Shown here piece after piece: positions 53,030 to 64,000 of a DNA stretch of 64,000 bases (position 1 is the first letter of the stretch; every line of letters begins with the position of its first letter). The DNA comes from Tubiluchus corallicola (Eukaryota > Animalia > Priapulida): assembly GCA_030141605.1 (NCBI GenBank), contig JAQGDQ010000041.1, positions 434,001 to 498,000 on the forward strand. The letters are read 5' to 3'. A model generated the notes under the pieces. The model was not told the origin of the DNA, searched no databases, and saw only the letters and a list, made by a program, of their open reading frames with translations. The translations under genes were made by a program, and so were the position numbers.

Positions 53030-53643
53030 AACTTTACTCCGTTAAACTCCTGTAATGACTATTCAGCAGAAGAACTGAAAGAAGCACGTCCGTACAGCTT
53101 CATTTTCAAAGATTTAAACGTTGAGGTGTCCTGTACTTTTTGAATTACATACACTTGCAATGTTTGACAATTTATTGCAAGAAGTTCAATTTAAGTAACC
53201 AACTCCTGTACAATAGCTACAGTACCGCCACAAATGGTTTACTTGATTGGTTGAAAGCAATAGAGCAAAATCGGAATTTTCTTTTTGTAAGCAAAATCAA
53301 AATCTCCTTTGTATTACCTCTATTTCTACTCTTCAGGTGCCAGTATCAACCAACAACCAACAATGTTGATCGTCATATATTTATACCACTTGCTGGATTA
53401 ATATGGACAAAATTCGCCGGCTCCCGCGCGAAAATGCACAGTCAGTATAATGTACCGAGCGCGTGACGCTAATGGCTGTTGAGTTTGTCAGTTTTTGCTT
53501 GACGAATTCAAGAGAGTTTCATACCATTAAGCTTGATTTGTCAAACTAAAAGTTTGCCAGTTTCGCTGTTTAAACGGTCAATCCAGTTTGTCAAACTAAA
53601 ACAGACAAACAATTTTGACAAAAAAACTGATCGTCTCAAAGCA
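53030..53643 (-). mobile_element. Copy 2 of the 36546-37330 TIR element (inverted; its other end is displaced to ~51092-51140)
   Basis: Reverse complement is colinear with 36546-37160 over ~600 bp; ATTTACATGATCAGTTTTTGAACTG at ~51094 matches the other TIR. Confidence 0.72.
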
Positions 53644-53980
53644 GACACCGGCGCGGCCATTCTAGCTGTGAGCTTCGCTAGAATGACAATGAAACGAAAG
53701 CTAAGCATCTCTCCCGAGGCAACCCACTCGAACTTGTTCTCCGCGTACCAAACGAAACGTCACCTATCACCCACGATCTTAATGTGCGGCAAAAAACGTC
53801 ACTGGCTCACCGAAAATGTCTTATTAATCTTATTGACAACATAAAGTACTTTATAGTTTTAAATTTTGTTGGTTGGGCACAAAAATTGTGGTTATTTTTT
53901 CAAATTTTACGCAATTTTATCCAAACTTGTTTCAAACGACGTTAAATACCATTAAAATAGGTAAAACGACTTATCGTTGC

Positions 53981-55521
53981 TAAGTAAAAATGGCACGAAA
54001 AGATAGCACAGGAATAAATCACATAGAAAATGGCACAAATAGAAAAGTAGGAAAAAATGTAACCCTCAGTAAAATATAAACTCATTTGTGTTAAATTACT
54101 ATTATAATTAGAATCAGAAGCAAACAAATTTTAATATTCATTCTTTATTAGTAATTATTATACTAAAACATGCTATATTCAAGGTACACGGTATTCATTA
54201 CAAACAGTAGAAAACTAGACATATATCATAACAACAGGTAAAAAACAATTACTGCAAAAGACTTAAAATGTAGTAAAAGCTTCACAGTAATTAAAAAAAC
54301 AATAAAACCTGATAAAAATGACTAAAGATTAAGTAACCGACAACTACAAATATCAGCATAATTATATGTAGCGTTTTTATTATAGTTAGTCCTTTCTTTG
54401 ATGTATCGCTTTTATTGTTATTGTATTGCTCAAATAAATTAATCTACTGTTTGGGTACTTTAAAGACTACTCTACAATAACTAATGCAGATATATTCATT
54501 ACGATGAACACTGTAATCAGCTAATTAGCAAACAGTGCGTTTGTCTTATAATCAGTAAAATGCTACATTGGCGATTTTGCCTGGAATCTGTTACCTACTG
54601 GTCCCACTGTAATTATTCCCATTGCTCAAGAATATATGGAAGCCACATGTTTATCGCTTGAATAGCGGTTTCCTTTTGAAAGTCATCCTTGCACAGAATG
54701 TTTCGTCGTCGACTCGTCGTCATCGTCGTCGTCGTTGTCGATTTTCCGCTGCTGTTACGTTCTAAAAAACATAGCACGTCCCACCTGTTGATGCCACGCA
54801 TTCGTGTCCTCTGCCACTGCCCACGATGCATCACCCTTCAAATCTAGAGTTGTACTTTTTAAATCTTTTTGCAGTATATTTACATACGTCAGTAGCGACC
54901 CCCTAACGGCTTTTTTGTCGTTTCAAGCACTTTACGTAATGCTATAGGAAGTGGAGCCTCTTGAGGTAATCTCAGTACATGGCTAATCCAATGCAATCTT
55001 CTTGCTTGTATTTGTTTACTCCATGGATTCCTCATGACCACATTATACAGATCATGATTGAATATTCCGTCAGGCCATTTAGTTCCTAGTAATTTCCTGC
55101 AGAGACGTCTTTGAAAAGCGTCAATTTCTTTATGCTGCTTAACTTTTATTATCCATAGCTCAGCATTGTACAAAAACACAGGTAAGTTCACTAAAGTTGA
55201 ATGGATCCGGATTTTGATTTCAAGAGAAAGTCACTTATTTTCAAAAACCGTTGTGAGATCTGAATAAGCAGACAATGCAAGAATTTTCCTTCTTTCTATT
55301 TCGGCTTCGGTGTCTAACAAAACACTTTATTTGAAAATAAGCGTATGAAGCCGCGTCTACTGTATATTACATGTTGCATCATAATTATTTTAATTATTTT
55401 CTTATTATTGAAATTGCCTGTATCAACCAATACATTTGCCATTTTTACCTACTTTTCCATTCGTGCTGTTTTTCCTGTGCCATTATTTTCTGTGAAATTT
55501 TTAACTGTGCCATTTTTACTT
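53981..55521. mobile_element. Second AAAAATGGCAC-type TIR element, carrying a nested RTE LINE
   Basis: Left AAGTAAAAATGGCAC...AAAAGTAGG; right CCTACTTTT...GTGCCATTTTTACTT. Confidence 0.72.
54705..55325 (-). mobile_element. RTE-type LINE 3' fragment with (GAC)n tail
   Basis: PVFLYNAELW...DAFQRRLCRKLLGTKW...RRLHWISHVLR; AEDTNAW; tail (ACG)n at 54705-54740. Confidence 0.8.
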
Positions 55522-57504
55522 GTTCTTAACTTACTTTACTTAACTGCTAATACGAGTTCTGTGTGCAATGAGACAGTATGTAGATGACACAAAATTTCAG
55601 GACGAACTATTTTTAGCTTTATGTAATCGAAGAGTTTTCTTGTCCTTAAAGTCTATGCTAACCCTTTTCACTTAGAAATAAAATGACAACGTTTGCATTT
55701 AAGCTCCATAATGCAAGCTTACAAATGCAACGCTTGTTAAACTACAAAACCATGTACGTATTTAAAAGTCAAGAAAGTTGTCTAATCTGAAGTTCAAGAT
55801 AAGCAAATAAAAACTGTACAAACAGATAAACGAGGAAACAAAAAATTTAAACGACCAAAAATTATTTGGCAAATAAACGAAAAAATGAGGGTTTAAAATA
55901 AACCAACTTAAAAAAACAAAATAGAAATTTTAATGAGTAAACAAGTGAAAAAATTATTACGCGAACTGACAACGATGTGCATAATTAAGTCAATGGAAGT
56001 CCATTTAAGTATGTAGTTAAGCGTAATACATATAGCTTTGTGCATTGCAAATTAGAAAAAATGAGCCCAAACTACTTTAAATGTACAGACCATTGAACAC
56101 ATGGGTTCGGTCTAGGAACGCATGACCTTTTGAGGTTTATTTCACCGCTGGCTCTTTTTCACGGTTTATCAAAAAATTCTGAACGTATTTATGTAAGCGT
56201 CTTTATCAAATTAACAAAGCTGGAAATTACAATGCATAACAGGAGCTTAATAAGCCTTTGTATTTATGACTTAGTAAGTGTAGTGGTATTAAAATGGGAA
56301 ATCATACTTTGAAACCCTATGCTTCAAAATCTACGAATGAATGCAGACTCAACACGTGCTAGTGCTCCTGTTTCGCACTCGTGTTTCTTTTTCATGTAAC
56401 ACTCATATCAATATATTTTTTGGAATTATACAAGTATAGCAAACACGTATGAAAATATAGAAAAGATATGAAGTATCACATCTTACACTCGTTAAAATGG
56501 GGAAAAAAACAATTGAATATATACTGTTTCAGTTAGACTTGTAGATACCGAAAAGACTTGAGTCCCAACCTCGAAGGCTTTGTCACCTCTCCCCCAGGGG
56601 CCTTCTCTTCGCTCAGGGTCACACGGGCTTTTTGGAGCCCGTTTGTCCCTCCGGGTATAGTAGATTGCCACAGGAAGTCAGGGTCATCTTAAAGCACGGG
56701 CTCACTGGCCCAGATCCTTACGATTTTAGGAGCTGCACGCTGCCAAATTAATAAAAAAGATCTCTTAGCAAAGTGACAAATTGCTGTTATTTTGTGAACG
56801 GTTTACCCATATTCTTGTTCTAGAAGCGTAGTGCATGAAAGTTATGAAGTTATAGGACAAAAGAATTTATCCTATAGTGACTACTCTTCTCACCAAGGCA
56901 TAAACGGAGTGCAAGCATCTGGTGATCAACAGCTTTCCAGTAGCAGATATAGTGCTCATGCAGAACAATACATTGCTTATTATGAAAATTCACATACCAA
57001 TTAAGTATCATTTGTACTTTGACATGATTATATTTTTCTAGGCTAAAGAGATAGTTTTCAAAAGTTCGTGTTGATTAATTCCGGTTTTATGCCAATTTTT
57101 AATAAACATTGATCTTGGTGGAAGTCCTCACATTAGTGGGGGAGGGGATTGGAAGCCACGCGCATTGCTTTGCGCAGCCCTATTACCTTAAGACAGCTCT
57201 GCGCAAAGTTGGCTTTATAGACATTGACGCCTAGCTATTGCCTCATTTGCATGTATCATTTCACTTAATCTTTGTGTCACTTTTCAATTAGCCTCGTGAG
57301 GTTTAAAAAGATTTTATGTCCTATTTAAATGTAGGCCCTGTCCCATAAGTGACATTATTATACCAGTAAATGAAATAACGCGACTTGCTACTTAGAAGCA
57401 TAAACTACGAGACCGGGACATCATAACAAAAGCTATGTTGGATTTTTGTTTCGGCAAATGAAATTGCAATTACACAACTAAGTATTATACAAATAACAAA
57501 TACT

Positions 57505-60500
57505 GTTCAGGCTTCAAGTCACTTTATTCTGCACATTTTAATACACGAAAAAATATTATAATTTTACGCTAAGTATAAAGTAATAAATCAGAACTATGTT
57601 TGTTACAATACTGTATATTAATGGCAATAAAATACTGAGACTAACTATCTAATAAAACAACTTTGGTCAAATGCGACTGCCACAGTCAACGTGCAATGCA
57701 AACACGCATGCCACAAAGTAATAAAAACAATCAATTATGCAGGTAATATGCAAAATAACGATAATTGTCCAGTAAAAACAATGCAACACTGAACGATTTG
57801 ACAAGCTAACAGTAATTAAAACACACATAGCAGAGAACTGACAATTAATGGAAACGTTTAAAACAACGAAAAATCTGTTCTAAAACAAAATAACTCATTA
57901 GGTATATTGCACTTGATAGAAAGAACAAAACAACAAAATGAGATACATACATAAGCATAAATACAATAATCATAATGTACAAGGAAATCTTTGGTATAAG
58001 CCAGTTAATTACATTATGTTAGCAACTACAATACAATTCCGTCTAGAACATTATGCTTGTCAAATTAGTATAGAAAGTTCTGAAAATTAATGAACAAAGG
58101 TTCTGTATCAGATATACGGAAAGATGCTTACCGGACTTGAGACAAAATAAATTTTAATGACGATCATGTATATACCCTGTATTCAGGTGATAATACCACC
58201 CTGTGAAATTGCTAAAATAAACACAAATTGAGTAGCTAATTACATAACAATAAAAACAATGATGCGAAGTCAATTTTACCAGAGCATTTCAGATAAGTAC
58301 ACAGCCTATACAAGGGAAATATCAATTAGGTTTTCCATGTTAGGACAAAGAACTTTAGTGTATGGTTTTTCATATAGAATTAAACAGGCCTAATTTTGTT
58401 TACTTATAGAATGTTTTAGTGAGAGTGTTAACAAGGAAGAGAGTGCGAAAGAAAGATTAAAACAAAGCGTAGAATCTTCCTTAAATTCATTTCCCATATT
58501 TACAATAATATCATTTCATTAGCACAGAATAGACCTAATAATTAATTAGAGCTTATTTTGTAACTAACTTATAGAAAATGATACTAACAATAGCTAAAAA
58601 TTATCCTGACCCACCTAACATTCCTGACTTAGTGTTAAGAAATTTGTACACAGTTAAGTATTGCCATTAAGTAAGATTAAACAGATATTATTGCTTGCAC
58701 AACAGCTCACGTCTAAACTCTTCACATTTAAGGTATGCAAAAAACTACAACTACCTACCATTATTGAGTATTTGTAGGTAACTTGCAACGTACATGTAAT
58801 TAAGATACAAGTAAATCGCAAAAGATACAACTTGTCTTCAAACAATAAACAATATTTATAAAACATTAAGGAAATAAGTTCGTTGCCTACTATAACAACA
58901 AAATACCCATGCAGGTTAGTGCTATCTAATGTACAAGTGCGAAATATCAACTAATTAAGCAAAGTTAATTAAATATGCAATGAGATAAATGTTGAAGAAC
59001 TATCGTAAAAGCTACACCTGTATTATGCCATGAATATACAATTTTAGAATTTTAACATGCCACGTACAAAGTGCAGCACTGTTGTAGTAGCTCCATCTAT
59101 GAGCCACGTTAGGAGAAAAATGAAGCATATTGAATTTGGCTACGTCTGTGATGTAAGAAACCAAATTTAAAGGTGAAAAAACATGGTACTACAAACAAAA
59201 GAACAGTTCAGGTAACTAAGTATGAAATAAACAATTAGACAAATGCATGAACACTTGAAATGAGCATTTGAAAATTTTAGATTTTGAATTGATCGGGAAA
59301 TAGAAAACCAAAAGCAATTTAAAGAATCAATCCAAGATGACTTTTGTGAACAATAAACTAAAAGATAAAGTGTGACATAACCTATAGAGAGAAAACAGCG
59401 AACTACATGTGAATAGTAACGAACAAATAAAAAGTGTGAATGAAAGAACAGAAATGCCCTAATTCTATAGAAGCTACATAAATGAACACTAATTCTCTAC
59501 TCAAGTCACTAGATGTACTCAACCATATGCCAGATCCTCTAGAATCTCAGCAACTGACTAGTAAAATAAGAATCAAATAGCACCAAATTATATAAAATAC
59601 TACAAAAACACAAAAAACTGCATTAAACACTAGGTATGGAAGCCCACAACTACAATAAACGTTAGATATGGTATCTCACGCAAGTGCAATAAAAACTAGT
59701 TATGGAAGACCAGAAACTGCACTATGCCATAGATATGGAAGCCCGCATCATTGGAAGCCATAACAATAATACTCGGAAGCTAATAAACTAGGTTACAAGG
59801 TTGGTTCAGATAGCCTTGGATATCTAAATTAAGCAGTGTACAAAACTCATAGAAAGATTACTCTTAAATATGAAAACTAAACATTTCAAAATTATGCTTT
59901 CAATATTATGCATGAGTTGCATAAAATTCACGCAGTACGAAAAGTATTTGGAAGACCATATAATACAGCGGAAGCTTTAGATGGAAGCACACTACAATGA
60001 AGCATAGGAAATTATGTAATATTAGTAAAGAGTAACATTCAATATTACATAAAAACACTTGGAATTTTCCAAGAAGGACAGACACAGGAGTTGTTATCAA
60101 CAATGGAAGACATTTGATTTTGTTGCTCATATTCAAATAATCATAATTATTATGTACATACATATCACAAGGCTAGTCTAAGTTCGGACAACACCTGACA
60201 TACAATAACAGTATTATGATTCAGATATCATTAAACATTAAATTTTTGGAAGCACTTTTACATAATTATTTCTTTGTTACACAAAGAAAATAATGAAGAA
60301 CTTCATAAACGAAGTAAATAATATTTATATTTTTGTGAAAATAAAAATGAGTAATGATGACTAATCAAATTCATTTGATAAATGGCGTAAAGGACTAACA
60401 TGAGTCACTTAAAATGAAGGGCAGGCATAGCATGTGCAGTGCAACGAAAAAAATGGCAAAACTTCTTTTTTATTACATTCAAATTAAATTATGAACTGCC

Positions 60501-61828
60501 CAAACAAAAAGCAAAATGTTTAGGAAACTGAAATGCAACATGTAGTGCCAGCTAATCACTCAAAAAAACATGGCAACACTTGACTGAAAAAATGGCCCAA
60601 TCATGAATATTTCTACAATTGGATTAATCACTAATACTGAACTATATGTATTGCACGAATGAAGATTTAGAAAAAGAATAACATGCAGACAATTTACAAT
60701 TACTACATAGTATTAATAATAACACATTATCATGTGGTCCCACAACATAGCTATACCATGAAACTTGCAGGAAAAACATAAGAAATGGAACAGGTTATAC
60801 ACATAATGAAAAGCAAGTTTGTTTTAAAAAGAAACAATATTTTTTAAATTTTAAATTATTTATATTTCAATTTCATTCTTACATTGCTGTTTTACCAATG
60901 TTTTACCAACTTTTTCTTGGTTTTGATTACTTTAAAGTGTATTAAGAGAGCAAAATACATTATAGTCAAATAACACTAACATGGCTTTTAATGACAATAT
61001 TTTTGGCAAAATAAAATGTCTGTATTTGCATGGACACGTACGTATCAATGCACCTCGTTATATTGCCAAACTCCCTTAATGCCAACTTTTTTGCAGTCCC
61101 AAAATAGGCAATATAAATTTTTAATAACAGGCAATATTTATTCTAATAATACACATTATTTCATACATAAATAAAGCAGACTAGGACCACACTTTCTGAA
61201 TAATAAATGATAGTTTATGGTTTCACTGGCAATGCCTAGGTCAAATTCAGAGTAACATCACTGACAAACATCTTCTGCATTAATTCTTCAACTTTCAGCT
61301 TTTAAAAAGTTATGTTTCAAAGATTAAATAATAAATAAATAAAAAAGAACTACCACAGACACATTAACTATTTGTTTTGGCAAACAGAAATACTGAATTT
61401 AAAGCATTATATAAAGCATAAGCTTCGATGTCGTGTGGGGTAATCCTAATAAATTGCGCTCGTCATTATTAAAAAGTCAACAAGGCTTTCTTGATTGGGA
61501 TTTTTGATAACCTGATGTTTGCAGAGAAACAACATCAATCTTTGGCTTAAGTAAAGCAATATACAAATGGTCTGTAATGATCTTCGTTGCAATTAAAACA
61601 CTTGTCAGGTTTTAGTCTTTTAGTTTCAAACAGTGGAGTTTCTAAATTTTAGGACTTCAAATGTGGACTAGATTTTACATTAAAGCTGAAAATAAACATA
61701 ACACTGTAAAATGATGACTAACAGTTAGCATATCAATTGTACACAATTTCTTAAAGCAGAAGTTTTAAGTGGAAAATACAGTAAACGTCAGTGTTGATGG
61801 AAACGAAAGCTTACTGAGCAAAAATAGC
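57505..61828 (-). other. Putative long 3' UTR of ZEB/Zfh1 (~4.3 kb) with alternative poly(A) signals
   Basis: No recognisable TE; U-rich on the - strand; AATAAA on - at 61137-61142, 60469-60474 and 57523-57528, the last followed by a GU/U-rich tract. Confidence 0.55.
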
Positions 61829-62022
61829 TTAATCCCTGTAAGGCTTGCAGTAGCTATATCTGTGGTTCATATGCTGACTGTATGAGCCTGAATGGCTGAA
61901 ACGTTTCATGCATTTCTTGCACTGGAACGGTTTCTCTCCACTATGTAAACGTTTATGTTCTGTCAAGTGATGTTTGTGCTTGAAGGCTTTGTCACAGATG
62001 TCGCATTTGTATGGACGGGCTC
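61829..62022 (-). CDS. ZEB: ZEB terminal coding exon (last two C2H2 fingers)
   Basis: ttttcag|GAGCC; [10 protein letters not shown] and [19 protein letters not shown] are the ZEB signature; TAA at 61829-61831. Confidence 0.96.
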
Positions 62023-64000
62023 CTGAAAAAAATCAATAAACTGAGGAAGGCATTGTTATAAGAGTACAGAAACAATGAACTGAAACAACCCTTAAATAAT
62101 ATAATGTAACCTTGATGTGTATAAACTCCTGCAACAGTCTATGAAACAATGATACATATGTATAAACTATTTTTATGATGGCACAATTAATATTAAAATA
62201 ACAACACAACCAATGAAGCATGAGACACATTTATATAGGAACTTCTAAAACAATCAAGGAAGTAATATCACATTAATACTTCACTAAATTAAGGAGAGAA
62301 ACAACAAATAGTCAGCATTTCTTTTCTGTATGCCCAATGATGTGCACAGCATATCACACCTATAATAGAACTAATAAAGCCAATTTAAGGTTCCTGTTAT
62401 GATTAAATATAAATGTAACCTACCAGAGTGTTCATACTTGTGGCGAGCAAGACTGCTTTGTTTATTGAACATCTTATGGCACTGATCGCAAGCATACAGT
62501 AAGCCGTCGCCTCCTTCTGATTCAATCTTATGTTCCTTCCAAGACTTGCGCCTCTTAACAGCAGGGCTTTCACTGTCATCAAACTCAAACTCTGTTTCTT
62601 CAGACTCCATCTGTAAAAAGTGTAGCAAATAAAATATTCCAACTTGTTCAACTTTCAGTTTTAATAATTTCACAAAACAATAATACAAATAGTTAAAATA
62701 TTTAGCTAACTGTCACACATTTCACAACTCTTCAGTAAAATCCAAGCTAAAATGCACTAATAAAAACACAAGGAGCATTTATATACCTGTTTCCATGTTT
62801 TCTTACGAATCCGTCTGCCTTCATCATCATATTCTGTCGCACAATCTTCTGCATCACTAGTTACGCAACTTTCTTTTCCACTCCCATCTTTTTCTGGATT
62901 GCCATTTTCATCCATGCAGTCATAACTAGCTTCAGATTTACTGGCGGGAGATATGGATGCTGGTGGTGGAGTTACCATATGTAGACTGTCACATCCAGTA
63001 GAAGCTGTAGAGCTATGCGGACTTGATGGAAAGTTGGCTCTGCATGAAATACCATCGACGGGGCTTCCAGTTTTGATCATTCCTTCTCTATGCATATACT
63101 GGTATAAAATAGATTGTTCTATGCTTTTATTTGCCATGCTTCCATTTGTTGTTGTGTCATTTTTTCTACTGAGATTAAGTACAGCCATTAGTTCCGGGTG
63201 CAGTTCCGGAGTACTGGATGCTTCCTGCTCATTTTTGTCCCCAAGTCCACCATTGTGAGCTGGTTTAGGTTTTAATGACAAATCCAGAGGAGCATCTTGG
63301 GGAGGCTGGTAGAGGTAATTTAATGACTTTATAGGCTGGGAAAATGGCAGCATTAATCTTGGTGTGGATGAAACAGGTTTGGTGTGTGCACTTTGATGTG
63401 CAAACTGAGGTGAAATTACTGGCGAAGTGTAAAACAAAGGCTGAAAAGCAGTGGTCGATGACGGCACAAGAGCACCATTGTATCGAGATAAGACTGGCGT
63501 AAAGGACGAGACAGAATGTTGAGAAATTGCTGTGGGTTTTATCACGGAAGAATTTTGCAATTCTGCTGGAGATGAAGCTGCAGAAGCTGGCTGAAATGGA
63601 ATCTGGATCACTCTACCCCTCTTTCGATCTCTGGCTCGCATGTTCTGGAACCAGACCTGGACAACTCGCTTTGGAAATCCGACTTCTTGTCCAATACGAA
63701 TGAGTTCAAACTTCCTAGGTCTAGGATTGATTTCATAGTAAGCTTTTAGAATCTTGACCTGCTCCTCGTTGATAAATGAGCGCATGCGGTTCTTTGTTTC
63801 TTCCGCTGTTTGCTCATCAGTCACATCATATGTAGAACCGCCATCTTCACTTTCTGTTGCTGCACTGTCTCCATTGGCTTCGGGCTCAGCCAGCAACTGC
63901 TTGATGTGATGATGGGACTGGATGGATGCTAGCTGGACGTCTTTATTCATTTTACATAAGTATCGCTCATGTTGATGCTGATCTATGCGATTAATGAACA
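61829..64000 (-). CDS. ZEB: ZEB/Zfh1 zinc-finger homeodomain transcription factor, 5'-partial; complement(join(61829..62022,62424..62610,62787..>64000))
   Basis: Homeodomain ([18 protein letters not shown]), CtBP motif PLDLS, C-terminal ZF cluster [23 protein letters not shown] / [21 protein letters not shown] / [30 protein letters not shown]. Confidence 0.96.
62424..62610 (-). CDS. ZEB: ZEB exon (first C-terminal finger)
   Basis: tttacag|ATGGAG...TCTG|gtaggt; [24 protein letters not shown]. Confidence 0.94.
62787..64000 (-). CDS. ZEB: ZEB large exon (central finger tail, homeodomain ~63620-63795, PLDLS at 63276-63290); runs off the window
   Basis: Frame open to the window end (HQHERYLCK); donor AAACAG|gtatat at 62787. 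Confidence 0.93.

Overview
AT-rich eukaryotic DNA with GT-AG introns, from a protostome invertebrate (probably lophotrochozoan; inferred from the ZEB C-terminus). It holds three host genes. (1) MTRR, methionine synthase reductase, + strand: 12 exons over 507-12884, first coding exon upstream of the window. (2) An unrecognised - strand gene whose five exons (34635->14367) splice in phase into about 5,242 aa. The protein is mostly disordered and carries two atypical CCHC fingers, PLDLS, eh1-like and F-x-F motifs, and several internal repeat arrays. (3) The 3' part of a ZEB/Zfh1 gene (- strand), followed by a roughly 4.3 kb TE-free putative 3' UTR with miR-8/miR-200 seed sites and a dense miR-7-like cluster. 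The interval ~36-56 kb is packed with decayed TEs: a Ty3/Gypsy (Mag-like) element with both LTRs, CR1/L2 and RTE LINE remnants (one folded back into a hairpin), and multiply nested non-autonomous DNA elements. Exon boundaries, counts and identities were read by hand; no database search was run.
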